Source of the DNA: Oikopleura dioica
Lineage: Eukaryota; Animalia; Chordata
DNA length: 64,000 nucleotides
Reading direction: 5' to 3'
Assembly (NCBI GenBank): GCA_907165135.1
Contig: OU015567.1
Span: 8,618,001-8,682,000, forward strand
Part shown: positions 63,150 to 64,000 of the stretch, in pieces
Layout of the letters: each line of letters opens with the position of its first letter
Position numbering within the stretch: position 1 is the stretch's first letter
Made by a program: the position numbers and the translations under genes
The notes under the pieces: generated by a model
Databases searched by the model: none
Told to the model about the DNA's origin: nothing
The model's input: only the letters and a program-made list of their open reading frames with translations

Positions 63150-63261
63150 GGGTTAGGGTTAGGACAAGGCCTGGTGCAGCACTTGTGGCGCTAGAATTAG
63201 GCGCTTGTTAGGGGTTAAGTTAGGTAAAAGAATGGGTTAGGCCCTAACCGTTAGGGTTAGG
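63150..63261 (+). repeat. Short degenerate TTAGGG-like cluster
   Basis: gggttagggttagg, ttaggggttaagttagg, gggttaggccctaacc and ttagggttagg occur within ~110 bp. Confidence 0.5.
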
Positions 63262-64000
63262 AAAGAATTTGAAAAGGTATTTTTTTTTTATTTTCGGAAG
63301 TTGACCGACATGAAACGTGGTTTCAAAGTTAACTAAACATGAAATCTTAAAATTAAAAAAAATATGTCAAATAATAAAACCGTATTTTTAAAAATTGACT
63401 CTTCCTCAAAATTAAGCCACGATGATAGACAGAATTGATGGTTTTACAGTTGATTTACGACTGTGTTTGAGCGAATGACTTTTTCCTGCTGCGCAAACTG
63501 CGGATTAAAACTTCCAATTCTAACAGATTTTGGTTGTTGAAGTGTATCGATTTCGCGGGTCGTAGAAATCTCAAATATTTTTTCTCCGTAAGTATGTTTG
63601 ACTAATCTCTTGAATGCTCTAAGCGCGGGAGAGAGAAAAAAACGAAGAGAAAATAAGAAGATGAAATTGGTGACTTTGCTGTGCTCAAATAAATGGCTTA
63701 ACTCTCAAAATCGACAAGATTTCGTTGCTCCGACGACGAGGACTAAAACTACTGCTCGCGCAAACATCATTTCGCGAACTTTCTTTACAGACAATTACCC
63801 CAAAAGCCTCTGTTTTTCGAAAACTTGGAGAAATTAGAATACTGCGAGGCATTTAACCACCAAAAAAGATTTAATAAATCATCAATTCCAAGGCGAATTT
63901 TTCGTAAAACATGAAATTACGATCGTTTGATTTTTAGAGCTATCTTAGATAGCCTATCTACAATACCCTTATTCATGAAAAGAATCGAGTTTTGCGTCAA

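Noticed and set aside
1-64000. tRNA, rRNA, spliced-leader RNA or autonomous transposase/RT genes
   Set aside because: None recognised by eye on either strand; a tRNAscan/Infernal/RepeatMasker run would be needed to exclude them formally.

Overview
Compact, AT-rich eukaryotic DNA with many 39-50 nt GT-AG introns. Gene content and architecture are most consistent with the larvacean tunicate Oikopleura (inference from intron size and gene families; no search was run). Left to right: two tandem caveolin genes (-); a 1.4 kb foldback element with a 57-bp satellite core; a type II membrane Cys-rich/kelch-like gene (+) with MITEs in two introns; a co-oriented minus-strand trio (HR1-like coiled-coil gene, small single-pass probably mitochondrial protein, highly divergent connexin); two large secreted mosaic genes (FN3/sushi/LDLa/vWA and PAN/TSP1/EGF/kelch) (+); a small antisense transmembrane ORF nested in an intron; and a ~22 kb nesprin-1-like gene (-) with tandem CH domains and spectrin repeats but no visible KASH domain. 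The best discovery candidate is the intact 259-aa connexin that keeps only two of the six canonical extracellular cysteines, and these two are the partners of one disulfide bond. Gene models were assembled by hand from splice signals and homology recalled from memory and need RNA confirmation.
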